Below, piece by piece: positions 1 to 8,176 of a stretch of DNA of 24,000 nucleotides (within the stretch, counting starts at the first letter, position 1; each line of letters opens with the position of its first letter). The position numbers and the translations under genes are program-made. This stretch comes from Aeromonas sanarellii (GTDB lineage: Bacteria > Pseudomonadota > Gammaproteobacteria > Enterobacterales > Aeromonadaceae), in NCBI RefSeq assembly GCF_000820085.1, contig NZ_CDBN01000002.1, forward strand, positions 7,743-31,742, given 5' to 3'. Below the pieces are notes generated by a model. It was not told the DNA's origin, searched no databases, and saw nothing but the letters and a program-made list of their open reading frames with translations.

Positions 1-301
1 GTAGGCCGTCATAGGGGTCGGGCAGGCTGCTGTCGGCGGGGAAGCGCACCACGTCGCCGGCGCGGGCGATGGCCTCGAGGCGCGGGTGATCCCTGAGGGC
101 GAAGCGGCGCCCCAGCACGTCCTGCATCAGGCCGTCGATGGCCAGCGGGATGAACTGGCCCCCCTCGTAGCGCAGCAGGGCCGAGGCATCCGAGTTCAGC
201 AGGCTGCGCACGCTCTGGATCAGGCGGTGGAAGCGGTCCTGATGGGAGATGCCGAGTTGCAGGTCGAGGGCGATGCGCGCCAGGCTGTCGGTCGAGATCA
301 C
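1..301 (-). CDS. norR: NorR, sigma54-dependent NO-responsive transcriptional activator (N-terminal GAF part only; gene continues past the left edge)
   Basis: Minus-strand translation from GTG (301-299) reads [100 protein letters not shown]. From memory this is collinear with the E. coli NorR N-terminus (..[59 protein letters not shown]). It is divergent from norV as in E. coli. It is absent from the ORF track because it has no stop in the window; 9..314(-) and 86..373(+) are other frames. Confidence 0.88.
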   Translation of the reverse strand, partial: MISTDSLARIALDLQLGISHQDRFHRLIQSVRSLLNSDASALLRYEGGQFIPLAIDGLMQDVLGRRFALRDHPRLEAIARAGDVVRFPADSSLPDPYDGL

Positions 302-308
302 GAGAATT

Positions 309-364
309 GTCCAAATGACAGTGTGTTTGTGATTTTGACTATATGTGGTGATTGTCTAAATGAC
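309..364. promoter_or_regulatory. Three NorR enhancer sites (GT-N7-AC inverted repeats)
   Basis: GTccaaatgAC at 309-319, GTgattttgAC at 329-339 and GTctaaatgAC at 354-364. The third lies in the perfect palindrome TTGTCtaaatGACAA (352-366). Three GT-N7-AC sites upstream of norV is the known NorR-binding architecture in E. coli. Confidence 0.75.
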
Positions 365-389
365 AATAATTGAAATTGGTGTCGATAAA

Positions 390-402
390 AATCAATGAGT
401 TA
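390..402 (+). promoter_or_regulatory. Putative IHF site between the NorR enhancer and the sigma54 promoter
   Basis: AATCAATGAGTTA matches the IHF core WATCAANNNNTTR. It sits in an A/T-rich stretch between the enhancer sites and the -24/-12 promoter, as expected for sigma54 looping. Confidence 0.5.
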
Positions 403-407
403 TGACT

Positions 408-423
408 TGGCACGTCCGCTGCA
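408..423 (+). promoter_or_regulatory. sigma54 (-24/-12) promoter of norV
   Basis: TGGCACGtccgCTGCA. The GG at 409-410 and GC at 421-422 are separated by exactly 10 nt (consensus TGGCACG-N4-TTGCW). It lies about 50 nt upstream of the norV ATG. Confidence 0.8.
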
Positions 424-471
424 ATAGCTGGTTCAGTCGAACATCCACTATTGCATTCGAGGAACTGCCTG

Positions 472-1956
472 ATGAGCATTCACGTCAAGAACAACATCCA
501 CTGGGTCGGCCAACGGGACTGGGAGGTGCGCGACTTCCACGGCACCGAGTACAAGACCCACAAGGGCACCAGCTACAACAGCTATCTCATCCGCGAAGGG
601 AAGAACGTGCTGATCGATACCGTCGATCACAAGTTCAGCCGGGAGTTCGTGCAGAACCTGGCGGCCGAGATCGATCTCGCCGCCATCGACTATGTGGTGA
701 TCAACCACGCCGAGGAGGATCACGCCGGCGCCCTGACCGAGCTGATGGTCCGCATCCCCGGCACTCCCATCTACTGCACCCACAATGCCATCGACTCCAT
801 CACCGGCCATCATCACCACCCGGAGTGGAACTTCCACCCGGTCAAGACCGGTGACAGCCTGGACATCGGCAACGGCAAGCAGCTGGTATTTATCGAGACC
901 CCCATGCTGCACTGGCCCGACAGCATGATGACTTACATGACAGAAGATGCGGTGCTGTTCTCCAACGACGCCTTCGGCCAGCACTACTGCGACGAGCACC
1001 TGTTCAACGACGAGGTGGATCAGACCGAGCTGATGGAGCAGTGCCAGCGCTACTACGCCAACATCCTCACCCCCTTCAGCCCGCTGGTGACGGCCAAGAT
1101 CAAGGAAGTGCTCGGCTTCAACCTGCCGGTGAGCATGGTGGCCACCTCCCACGGCATCGTCTGGCGCGAGGATCCCACCCAGATCATCCTGAAATACCTG
1201 GAGTGGGCCGACCACTATCAGGAAGACCGCATCACCCTGTTCTACGACTCCATGTCCAACAACACCCGCATGATGGCCGACGCCATCGCCCAGGGCATCC
1301 ACGAGGTGGACCCCGGCGTGGCGGTGAAGATCTACAACGTGGCCCGCCACGACAAGAACGAGATCCTGACCCAGGTGTTCCGCTCCAAGGGGATACTGGT
1401 GGGCTCCTCCACCATGAACAACGTCATGATGCCCAAGGTGGCGGGCATGCTCGAGGAGATCACCGGCCTGCGTTTTCGCAACAAGCGTGCCTCGGCCTTC
1501 GGCAGCTACGGTTGGACCGGCGGCGCGGTGGACCGGATCCAGACCCGGTTGATGGATGCAGGCTTCGACATCAGCCTCTCCCTCAAGGCCAAGTGGCGGC
1601 CGGATGGCTCGGCGCTGGCGGAATGCCGCGAGCATGGCCGCCGGCTCGCCCGTCAGTGGGCGCTGCACCCGCTGGACGCGCCCCGCCCGATCACCACAAC
1701 CCAGGCAACCGTGACGCCCGTCTCCGCGATGCCTGCTGTTGAGCCGAAAGCCGCAGCGGTGACCGCCGAATGGGACGATGATCAGGCCATGCTCTGCACC
1801 GTCTGCCAGTGGGTCTATGACCCGGTCCAGGGTGAGCCGGATCAGCTGGTGGCGCCTGGCACCTCCTGGGCCCAGGTACCGGACAGCTTCCTCTGCCCGG
1901 GCTGCGGCATCGGCAAGGAGGTATTCGAACCCTGTGGGGTGGAGGCCTGTGTATGA
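472..1956 (+). CDS. norV: Anaerobic nitric oxide reductase flavorubredoxin NorV
   Basis: From the ATG at 472 (RBS GAGGAA at 459-464) the protein starts [29 protein letters not shown]..., near-identical to the E. coli NorV start ([29 protein letters not shown]). The C-terminal rubredoxin motifs CTVCQW..CPGC are present. The track start at 451 adds 7 residues absent from E. coli NorV. Confidence 0.97.
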   Translation: MSIHVKNNIHWVGQRDWEVRDFHGTEYKTHKGTSYNSYLIREGKNVLIDTVDHKFSREFVQNLAAEIDLAAIDYVVINHAEEDHAGALTELMVRIPGTPIYCTHNAIDSITGHHHHPEWNFHPVKTGDSLDIGNGKQLVFIETPMLHWPDSMMTYMTEDAVLFSNDAFGQHYCDEHLFNDEVDQTELMEQCQRYYANILTPFSPLVTAKIKEVLGFNLPVSMVATSHGIVWREDPTQIILKYLEWADHYQEDRITLFYDSMSNNTRMMADAIAQGIHEVDPGVAVKIYNVARHDKNEILTQVFRSKGILVGSSTMNNVMMPKVAGMLEEITGLRFRNKRASAFGSYGWTGGAVDRIQTRLMDAGFDISLSLKAKWRPDGSALAECREHGRRLARQWALHPLDAPRPITTTQATVTPVSAMPAVEPKAAAVTAEWDDDQAMLCTVCQWVYDPVQGEPDQLVAPGTSWAQVPDSFLCPGCGIGKEVFEPCGVEACV

Positions 1957-3119
1957 GTGCAGCAACCCTGAATGACGCCGGCATCAGCCGGGAGATAGTG
2001 GTGATCGGCAGCGGCTTCGCCGCCCAGCAGCTGGTCAAGAGCCTTCGCAAGCTGGACGCCGAGCAGCCCATCCTCCTCATCACCGCCGACAGCGGCGACG
2101 AGTACAACAAGCCGGATCTCAGCCACGTGGTGAGTAGGGGCTGCCCTGCCGCAGCCATGACTCGCCTTAGCGGCAGCGACTTTGCCGAGCAGCAGCGCAT
2201 CGCGCTGCTGCCCCACTGCCCTGTGCTCGGCATCGATCCTGCCCGGCGGTTGGTGCTGACCGCCAAGGGGGAATTCCCCTACGGCCAGCTGGTGCTGGCC
2301 ACCGGTGCCAGCGCGGTACGCCCCGAGCTGCCGGGCAGCGAACATCTGGTCACCCTCAACAGCCAGCAGGAGTATGCCGCCGCCGAGGGGGCAATCCAGC
2401 AGGCCCGCCGCATCCTGGTGCTGGGAGCCGGCCTCATCGGCTGCGAGCTGGCGATGGACATGGCGAGCGATGGCCGCGAGGTCACCTTGGTGGATCTGGC
2501 CGACAGCCCCCTCAGCGCCCTGCTGCCCGCCACCCTGACCCAGCCGCTGCAACAGGCGCTGCGCAGCCAGGGGGTCAGCCTGCGGTTCGGGACAGGTCTC
2601 GCCAGGATGGATGACCAGCCGGGCGATGGCTGGCGCGTCACCCTGAGTGACGGGCGCGTCAGCGAGCAGGATCTGGTGATCGCCGCGATCGGCCTGCGGC
2701 CGAATCTGGCCCTGGCCCGCGGGGCCGGGCTGGCCGTGGAGCGCGGCATCCTGGTCGATGATCGGCTGCAGACCAGCGACCCCCATATCTTCGCGCTGGG
2801 GGATTGTGTGCAGTGGCGGGGTCAGCTGCTCCCCTTCCTGCAACCCATAGTGCTGGGCGCCAATGCGCTGGCGCGCACCCTGCTCGGCACACCGACCCCG
2901 CTGGCCCTGCCGTCCATGCTGGTGAAGGTAAAGACGCCGCGCTACCCGCTGCAACTGGCCGGCCGCACCAAGGGCGAGGATCTCGCCTGGCAGTGCCGCT
3001 GGAACAGCCACGGCATGGTGGCCGAGGCGCGCGATCAAGCCGGCGAGCTGTGCGGCTTCGTGGTGGGGGGCGACCAGATGAGCGCCGCCTTCCCGCTGCT
3101 GCGTCAGCTGCCCCGTTAA
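1953..3119 (+). CDS. norW: NADH:flavorubredoxin reductase NorW
   Basis: The ATG overlaps the norV stop (gtATGAgt). There is an N-terminal FAD Rossmann motif [11 protein letters not shown] and a second NAD motif [12 protein letters not shown]. Position immediately after norV matches the E. coli norVW operon. Confidence 0.93.
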   Translation: MSAATLNDAGISREIVVIGSGFAAQQLVKSLRKLDAEQPILLITADSGDEYNKPDLSHVVSRGCPAAAMTRLSGSDFAEQQRIALLPHCPVLGIDPARRLVLTAKGEFPYGQLVLATGASAVRPELPGSEHLVTLNSQQEYAAAEGAIQQARRILVLGAGLIGCELAMDMASDGREVTLVDLADSPLSALLPATLTQPLQQALRSQGVSLRFGTGLARMDDQPGDGWRVTLSDGRVSEQDLVIAAIGLRPNLALARGAGLAVERGILVDDRLQTSDPHIFALGDCVQWRGQLLPFLQPIVLGANALARTLLGTPTPLALPSMLVKVKTPRYPLQLAGRTKGEDLAWQCRWNSHGMVAEARDQAGELCGFVVGGDQMSAAFPLLRQLPR

Positions 3120-3170
3120 CCCCTTTCATTGCACCGGCCGGGGCGACCCGGCCACGCGAGGAGAACCGAT

Positions 3171-3512
3171 ATGGCCATGCAACTGATTCCGTCTCACTGG
3201 GTAGTGCGCCGCTCCACCCCCTTCTTCACCCGCCAGAATGTGCCCCAGGCCCTGCTCACCCACCACAACACCGCGGCCGGGGTGTTCGGCCAGCTCTGCG
3301 TGATGGAGGGCACCGTCACCTATCACGGTTTTGCCGACGAGCAGGCCGAGGAGCCTGAGCTGAGCCTGGTGATCCGGGCCGGGGAGTTTGCCACCAGCCC
3401 GCCCCGGTACTGGCACAGAGTCGAGCTGTCGGAGGATGCCCGTTTCAACATCCACTTCTGGGCCGAGCAGGCCGAATCCGACCAGCCGCTGTTCAACAGC
3501 CGCAAGGCATAA
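3171..3512 (+). CDS. yeaR: DUF1971 (YeaR / TehB-N-terminal-like) protein
   Basis: From ATG 3171 (RBS GAGGAG at 3158-3163): MAMQLIPSHWVVRRSTPFF...CVMEGTVTYHGFADEQAEEPELSLVIRAGEFATSPPRYWHRVE..ARFNIHFW. This aligns by eye with E. coli YeaR (..HTRSTPFW..SVMHGAVKYLGYADEHSAEPDQVILIEAGQFAVFPPEKWHNIE..TYFNIDFF). The track start at 3129 has no RBS and adds a non-conserved Arg/Pro-rich extension. Confidence 0.82.
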   Translation: MAMQLIPSHWVVRRSTPFFTRQNVPQALLTHHNTAAGVFGQLCVMEGTVTYHGFADEQAEEPELSLVIRAGEFATSPPRYWHRVELSEDARFNIHFWAEQAESDQPLFNSRKA

Positions 3513-3633
3513 GGTTCAACCATGGGGAGGGACATTGGGCGCAAATGTCCCCCTCTGCCCATGCAGATCAAAATAATCAATTCAGATGTCCGTTATCCTT
3601 GCCGCCAGTGGTGGATGAGGCAGTGAGGGAAAC

Positions 3634-4851
3634 ATGAGCGTGATCGAAGCCGTGACCATGGCCGCCGGCCTGGCCTATCTGGTGCTGCTGGCGTGGCAGG
3701 CGCGATCGGGCTGGCAGTGGCGTCTTGCCCTCGGCCTGCTGCTCATGCTCTGGTTGCTGGCGGCTGACAGCCTGCTCTGGCTCGGCGTGGGGCTGGTGGC
3801 CGGCGCGCTTACCCTCTGGCACCAGCGGCGACCGCTGCCCACCCTCGAGGCGCTCGACAGCCAGTGGCTGCGGACGCGCACACGGCAGCTGCTGTTGCTC
3901 TGCTGGGGGCTGGTGACGCTGCAGTACGGCCTGCATGTCTGGCAGTTGGGGCAGGGGATGAGCCCCTGGCTGGTGCGCCCTGACGTGGTGGACGGCTTCC
4001 TGCCCATCGCTGGCGGGCTCGGGCTGCGGGCCTGGCTCGGGCAGGGGCTGGTGGATCCCCACCATCCGGCGGCCACCGTGACTGTGCTGGTGCTCTCGCT
4101 GTCGGCCCTGCTGCTGGGGAGGGCGTTCTGCGCCTGGTTCTGCCCGCTCGGGCTGGTGGGCGAGTGGCTGCACGGCCTGCGCATCCGATGGATAGCGGGG
4201 GAGTGGACGCCGCCGCGCTGGTTCGATGTGGTGTTGCGCGGCCAGAAGTTTCTGGTGCTTGCTTTCCTGCTGTTTATCGTGCTGATCGCGGTGCCAGGCG
4301 CTGCCCTGCCCGGCTACCTCGCCAGCCCCTACCATCAGGCGGCGGACATGAAGATGGGGGCCTTCTTCTTCAACCTGACCCCGATCTCGGGCCTCTGCCT
4401 TGTCTGGGTGCTGCTGCTCACCGCCACCTTCCGGCAGGGGTTCTGTCGCTACCTCTGCCCCTATGGCGCCTGGCTGGCCCTGCTGGGTCTATTGACGGTG
4501 CTGCGCATTCGCCGTGACCCGGCCCGTTGCCTGCGCAGCGCGGGCCACGACTGCGACAAGTGCAGCCGGGCCTGCCCGTCGCGCATCCAGGTACACCAGC
4601 TCATCGCGGTGCGCAGTCTCGAGTGCACCAGCTGTCTGAGCTGTGTGGCCGCCTGCCCCAAGCGGGCCGATGCGCTGCACTTGGGCTCCCAAGGGCGCCG
4701 GCTCGCCCCTCGCCAGTTGCTGGGGCTGCTCTGCCTGTTGCTGCTGGTGCTGCCGCTGCTCTCCTACGGCTTGCTGGATCTCTGGGTCAGCCAGACGCCG
4801 CTGGCGGAGCGCTATGACCTGCTGCAACGGCTGCCCTGGTTGAACCATTGA
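3634..4851 (+). CDS. Membrane-bound 4Fe-4S polyferredoxin, NapH/MauN/YccM family
   Basis: Multiple hydrophobic helices. Two CX3CP motifs (FCAWFCPLG, FCRYLCPYG) and two C-terminal ferredoxin motifs (CDKCSRACP, CTSCLSCVAACP), which is the NapH/YccM signature. RBS GAGGGA lies before the ATG at 3634. Confidence 0.8.
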   Translation: MSVIEAVTMAAGLAYLVLLAWQARSGWQWRLALGLLLMLWLLAADSLLWLGVGLVAGALTLWHQRRPLPTLEALDSQWLRTRTRQLLLLCWGLVTLQYGLHVWQLGQGMSPWLVRPDVVDGFLPIAGGLGLRAWLGQGLVDPHHPAATVTVLVLSLSALLLGRAFCAWFCPLGLVGEWLHGLRIRWIAGEWTPPRWFDVVLRGQKFLVLAFLLFIVLIAVPGAALPGYLASPYHQAADMKMGAFFFNLTPISGLCLVWVLLLTATFRQGFCRYLCPYGAWLALLGLLTVLRIRRDPARCLRSAGHDCDKCSRACPSRIQVHQLIAVRSLECTSCLSCVAACPKRADALHLGSQGRRLAPRQLLGLLCLLLLVLPLLSYGLLDLWVSQTPLAERYDLLQRLPWLNH

Positions 4852-4859
4852 GCCACCGA

Positions 4860-4910
4860 GTCGCCGCGTGCATCGGGGTGGGACAGTGCCCGCCCCGATG
4901 CGACGGCGAC
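4860..4910 (+). terminator. Long imperfect GC-rich hairpin after the polyferredoxin gene (possible terminator or REP-like element)
   Basis: gtcgccgCGTgcatcgggg ... ccccgatgcGAcggcgac. Two stem segments (7 bp and 9 bp) with an internal bulge and a ~14-nt loop. It is followed by ctgtataaattt, which is not a clean U-tract. Confidence 0.35.
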
Positions 4911-4930
4911 CTGTATAAATTTCCCCCGGC

Positions 4931-4954
4931 AAATTGTTATCGCCATCCCAAATT
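4931..4954. promoter_or_regulatory. Putative CRP (cAMP receptor protein) site of the tna promoter
   Basis: aaatTGTTAtcgccaTCCCAaatt compared with the consensus aaaTGTGA-N6-TCACAttt: 4/5 plus 4/5 core matches, correct N6 spacing and symmetric A/T flanks. It is centred about 60 nt upstream of the predicted start site. The E. coli tna operon is CRP-dependent. Confidence 0.45.
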
Positions 4955-4967
4955 GCTCATGTTGCAA

Positions 4968-4995
4968 TTGATCATATGCAAGGGCTCACCATAAT
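4968..4995 (+). promoter_or_regulatory. Putative sigma70 promoter for tnaC-tnaA
   Basis: TTGATC (4968-4973), a 16-nt spacer, then CATAAT (4990-4995). It lies 35-45 nt upstream of the leader-peptide ATG. Confidence 0.4.
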
Positions 4996-5030
4996 GGACC
5001 CTGTTAATTGGCGTTGTTAATTCCAACCAG

Positions 5031-5114
5031 ATGAGCAACAACATGAATATCAAGGTCAGCTATCCCAAGTGGTTTACCCTGGACCATAAAATCGCGTTCT
5101 TCTTCCCGCTGTAA
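5031..5114 (+). CDS. tnaC: TnaC-type tryptophanase operon leader peptide (27 aa, or 23 aa from ATG 5043)
   Basis: My own translation; the ORF is too short for the track: MSNNMNIKVSYPKWFTLDHKIAFFFPL*. It contains the TnaC signature W-x3-D-x7-P, with the same spacing as E. coli W12/D16/P24 (..SKWFNIDNKIVDHRP*). The internal start gives MNI..., as in E. coli TnaC. It lies 204 nt upstream of tnaA, comparable to the E. coli spacer. Confidence 0.8.
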   Translation: MSNNMNIKVSYPKWFTLDHKIAFFFPL

Positions 5115-5318
5115 TATCCCTGTGGTGCCGCTGCATTTCCAGAAATGCAATGCATCCGTCTGAATACCTAATCTGAAATAGTCTGCACCTGTCTTCGCTT
5201 GTTTATTTTGCGAGGCGATGTCGTGCACCCATTCTCAATATTTTCTGCCTGCCGGATATTCTATTTTCGGCGGGGGATGAGACACATTCTGAATATTTAA
5301 CTCTGGGGTGTTTATATT

Positions 5319-6785
5319 ATGGAAAACTTCAAGCATCTGCCCGAACCCTTCCGCATTCGTGTCATCGAGCCGGTCAAGCGCACCACCCGCGCCTACCGGG
5401 AGGAGGCCATCGTCCGGGCGGGCATGAACCCCTTCCTGCTGGACAGCGAGGACGTCTTTATCGATCTGCTGACCGACAGCGGCACCGGCGCCATCACCCA
5501 GGACATGCAGGCCGCCATGCTGCGCGGTGACGAGGCCTACAGCGGCAGCCGCAGCTACTATGCGCTGCAGCAGGCGGTGCAGGAGATCTTCGGTTATTCC
5601 CTCACCATTCCCACCCACCAGGGGCGCGGCGCCGAGCAGATCTACATCCCGGTGCTCATCAAGAAACGGGAGCAGGAGAAGGGGCTGGATCGCAAGAAGA
5701 TGGTGGCGCTCTCCAACTACTTCTTCGACACCACCCAGGGTCATACCCAGATCAACTGCTGCGTGGCGAAGAACGTCTACACCAGGGAGGCGTTCGACAC
5801 CTCTGTCACCGCCGACTTCAAGGGCAACTTCGATCTGGTCAAGCTCGAGGAAGCCATCCTGGAGGCGGGCCCGGCCAACGTGCCCTACATCGTCAGCACC
5901 ATCACCTGCAACTCTGCCGGCGGCCAGCCGGTGTCGATTGCCAACCTGAAGGCTGTCTACGAGATCGCCAAAAAGTACGACATCCCGGTCATCATGGACT
6001 CCGCGCGCTTCGCCGAGAACGCCTACTTCATCCAGCAGCGCGAGCCCGGCTACGCGAACTGGACCATCGAGGAGATCACCAAGGAGTCCTACAAGTACGC
6101 GGACGGCCTCGCCATGTCCGCCAAGAAGGACGCCATGGTGCAGATGGGGGGCCTGCTCTGCTTCAAGGACGACAGCATGCTGGACGTCTACACCGAGTGC
6201 CGCACCCTGTGCGTGGTGCAGGAGGGCTTCCCGACCTACGGTGGCCTGGAGGGGGGCGCCATGGAGCGCCTTGCGGTGGGCCTGCGTGACGGCATGCGCC
6301 AGGACTGGCTGGCCTATCGCATCGGCCAGGTGCAGTACCTGGTGGACGGGCTGGAAGCCATCGGCGTGGTGTGCCAGCAGGCGGGGGGCCACGCGGCCTT
6401 CGTCGACGCGGGCAAGCTGCTGCCGCACATCCCGGCGGATCAGTTCCCGGCCCACGCCCTGGCGTGCGAGCTCTACAAGGTGGCCGGCATCCGGGCGGTG
6501 GAGATCGGCTCCCTGCTGCTGGGGCGCGACCCCGCCACCGGCAAGCAGCACCCCTGCCCGGCGGAGCTGCTGCGCCTCACCATACCGCGTGCCACCTATA
6601 CCCAGACCCACATGGACTTCGTCATCGAGGCCTTTGGCGAGGTGAAGAAGAACGCCAAAAACGTGAAGGGGCTCGACTTTATTTACGAGCCGGCGGTGCT
6701 GCGCCACTTCACCGCCCGTCTGAAGGAGGTCGACAATAACAATCAAGCGGCCTGCACCAAAACTGAAAAATTAGTAGAAGCATAA
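5319..6785 (+). CDS. tnaA: Tryptophanase (tryptophan indole-lyase)
   Basis: 488 aa starting [31 protein letters not shown]... The PLP-lysine region SAKKDAMV is present. Full-length collinearity with E. coli TnaA up to ..[11 protein letters not shown], followed by a 17-aa extension. Confidence 0.97.
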   Translation: MENFKHLPEPFRIRVIEPVKRTTRAYREEAIVRAGMNPFLLDSEDVFIDLLTDSGTGAITQDMQAAMLRGDEAYSGSRSYYALQQAVQEIFGYSLTIPTHQGRGAEQIYIPVLIKKREQEKGLDRKKMVALSNYFFDTTQGHTQINCCVAKNVYTREAFDTSVTADFKGNFDLVKLEEAILEAGPANVPYIVSTITCNSAGGQPVSIANLKAVYEIAKKYDIPVIMDSARFAENAYFIQQREPGYANWTIEEITKESYKYADGLAMSAKKDAMVQMGGLLCFKDDSMLDVYTECRTLCVVQEGFPTYGGLEGGAMERLAVGLRDGMRQDWLAYRIGQVQYLVDGLEAIGVVCQQAGGHAAFVDAGKLLPHIPADQFPAHALACELYKVAGIRAVEIGSLLLGRDPATGKQHPCPAELLRLTIPRATYTQTHMDFVIEAFGEVKKNAKNVKGLDFIYEPAVLRHFTARLKEVDNNNQAACTKTEKLVEA

Positions 6786-6793
6786 CGAGTCAG

Positions 6794-6823
6794 GGGCACA
6801 GATTATTCTGTGCCCTTTTTTTT
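6794..6823 (+). terminator. Rho-independent terminator after tnaA
   Basis: Perfect 9-bp stem gggcacaga / tctgtgccc with loop ttat, followed by a T8 run (6816-6823). Confidence 0.8.
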
Positions 6824-6856
6824 CACAGCCTTGTGAATTTTCGGGAGTGACAACAC

Positions 6857-8071
6857 ATGACATCGAAACCGTCCGTCATCGGAGGGGCCTGCATCATTGC
6901 CAGCGTCTGTGTCGGTGCCGGCATGCTGGGGTTGCCGAGTGCAGGCGCCGGGGCCTGGACCACCTGGTCATCGCTGGCCATTATTCTCACCATGATCATC
7001 ATGACGGTCTCCGGCTGGATGCTGCTGGAAGCCTTCAAACCCTATGCGCTGACTGCCTCCTTCAACTCGGTGACCAAGGATCTGCTCGGTCACAACATCA
7101 ATGTCTTCAACAACCTGACCGTCTATTTCGTGGGCGGCATCCTGTTGTACGCCTATATCACCTCCTCGGGCCTGATCCTGAGCGGCCTGCTGGGCATCGG
7201 CAGCCAGCTTGCCTCCGTCCTGTTCGTGCTGGTGTTCTCCTGGTTCGTCTGGCATTCGACCCGGGCGGTGGACCGGATTTCGGTCGTCTTGATCGTCTTT
7301 ATGGTGCTGAGCTTCGTGTTCGGGGTCTCGGGCCTGGCCAGCAAGATCGACACCGCCATGCTGTTCAGCACAGTCGCCGAGGAGCTGGAGCAGGCCCCCT
7401 ATGCCCTGGCCATGCTGCCGGTGGCGCTCACCTCCTTCGGCTACCACCATTCGGTGGCCTCGATGCGCGCCTACTACGGCGAGGAGCAGAAGGCGAAGCA
7501 GGCGATCCTGGGGGGCACCCTGATCGCGCTGGCGCTCTACCTGCTGTGGCTGCTCAGCATCTTCGGGAATCTGCCCCGCAGCGCCTTCGGCCCCGTCATC
7601 GCCAAGGGGGGCGACGTGGACGTGCTGCTCGGGGCGCTGGCCTCGGTGATCGAGTCCAGACAGGTATCACAGGCCATCAACCTCTTCTCCATGGCGGCCA
7701 TCCTCTCCTCCTTCATCGGGGTGGGGCTGGGGGTGTTCGACTATCTGGCGGATCTGTTCAAGTTCGACAACAGCCGCCAGGGCCGCGCCAAGTCCTGGGC
7801 CGTGACCTTCCTGCCGCCCCTGGTGCTCTCCCTGCTGTTCCCGTTCGGCTTCGTGGTGGCCATCGGCTACGCCGGGGCTGCGGCGACCGTCTGGGCCTGC
7901 ATCATCCCCGCCCTGCTGGCGAAGAAGTCCCGGGAGCTGGCCCCACAAGAGGCGGGCTTCAAGGCGCCCGGCGGCCAGCCCATGATCTTGGCGGTCATCG
8001 TCTTCGGGGTGCTCACCGCCATCTTCCATCTGATGGCCATGGCGGGCATGCTGCCCGTCTATACGGGGTGA
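6857..8071 (+). CDS. tnaB: Aromatic amino acid:H+ symporter of the HAAAP family (TnaB/TyrP/Mtr-like); probable tryptophan permease by position
   Basis: 404 aa and polytopic. The C-terminal half (..[53 protein letters not shown]..) aligns by eye with E. coli TyrP (..[53 protein letters not shown]). RBS GGGAG at 6843-6847. It directly follows tnaA as in the E. coli tnaCAB operon. Confidence 0.9.
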   Translation: [404 protein letters not shown]

Positions 8072-8146
8072 TCCGCAAGGGCGGGCATGCGGCCTCTCTA
8101 TACGGGATGAGTGCGGCATAAAGCGGGGCCTGGCCCCATCACGCTG

Positions 8147-8172
8147 AAACGGCGCCCAAGGGCGCCGTTTTG
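8147..8172. terminator. Bidirectional rho-independent terminator between two convergent genes
   Basis: Perfect 10-bp stem aaacggcgcc / ggcgccgttt with loop caag. T-rich on the plus side (ttttgttgttt) and A-rich on the other side. Confidence 0.75.
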
Positions 8173-8176
8173 TTGT

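Noticed and set aside
9-373. Track ORFs 9..314(-) and 86..373(+) at the left edge.
   Set aside because: Both are wrong frames or the wrong strand over norR. The real frame (GTG at 301, minus strand) gives a clear NorR GAF-domain sequence.
448-1965. 505-aa ORF antisense to norV. Similar long antisense or off-frame ORFs occur at 5235..6746 (tnaA), 8461..10059 (permease 2), 14680..16299 (glyS), 16711..17682 (glyQ), 21835..23112 (binding protein) and 1842..3038 (norW).
   Set aside because: They are shadow ORFs typical of high-GC DNA. Their translations are low-complexity and rich in Gly, Ala, Arg, Pro, His, Val and Leu. The opposite strand carries unmistakable conserved proteins in each case.
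3521-3552. Short hairpin gggacatt-gggcgca-aatgtccc between the DUF1971 gene and the polyferredoxin gene, considered as a terminator.
   Set aside because: The stem is only 8 bp and A/T-containing, with no following U-tract. This is insufficient to call termination, so I treat the genes as co-transcribed, with low certainty.
5004-5228. 74-aa minus-strand ORF in the tna leader region.
   Set aside because: It lies antisense to the TnaC leader ORF and the Rho-dependent spacer. It has no RBS and no recognisable sequence features. The plus-strand tnaC interpretation explains the region.
6847-8121. 424-aa ORF (6847..8121+) and the similar 8916..10304+ ORF, both overlapping the permease genes in another frame.
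   Set aside because: They are Arg/Gly/Pro/His-rich off-frame translations. The +1 neighbours (6857..8071, 8884..10101) give hydrophobic, family-typical permease sequences.
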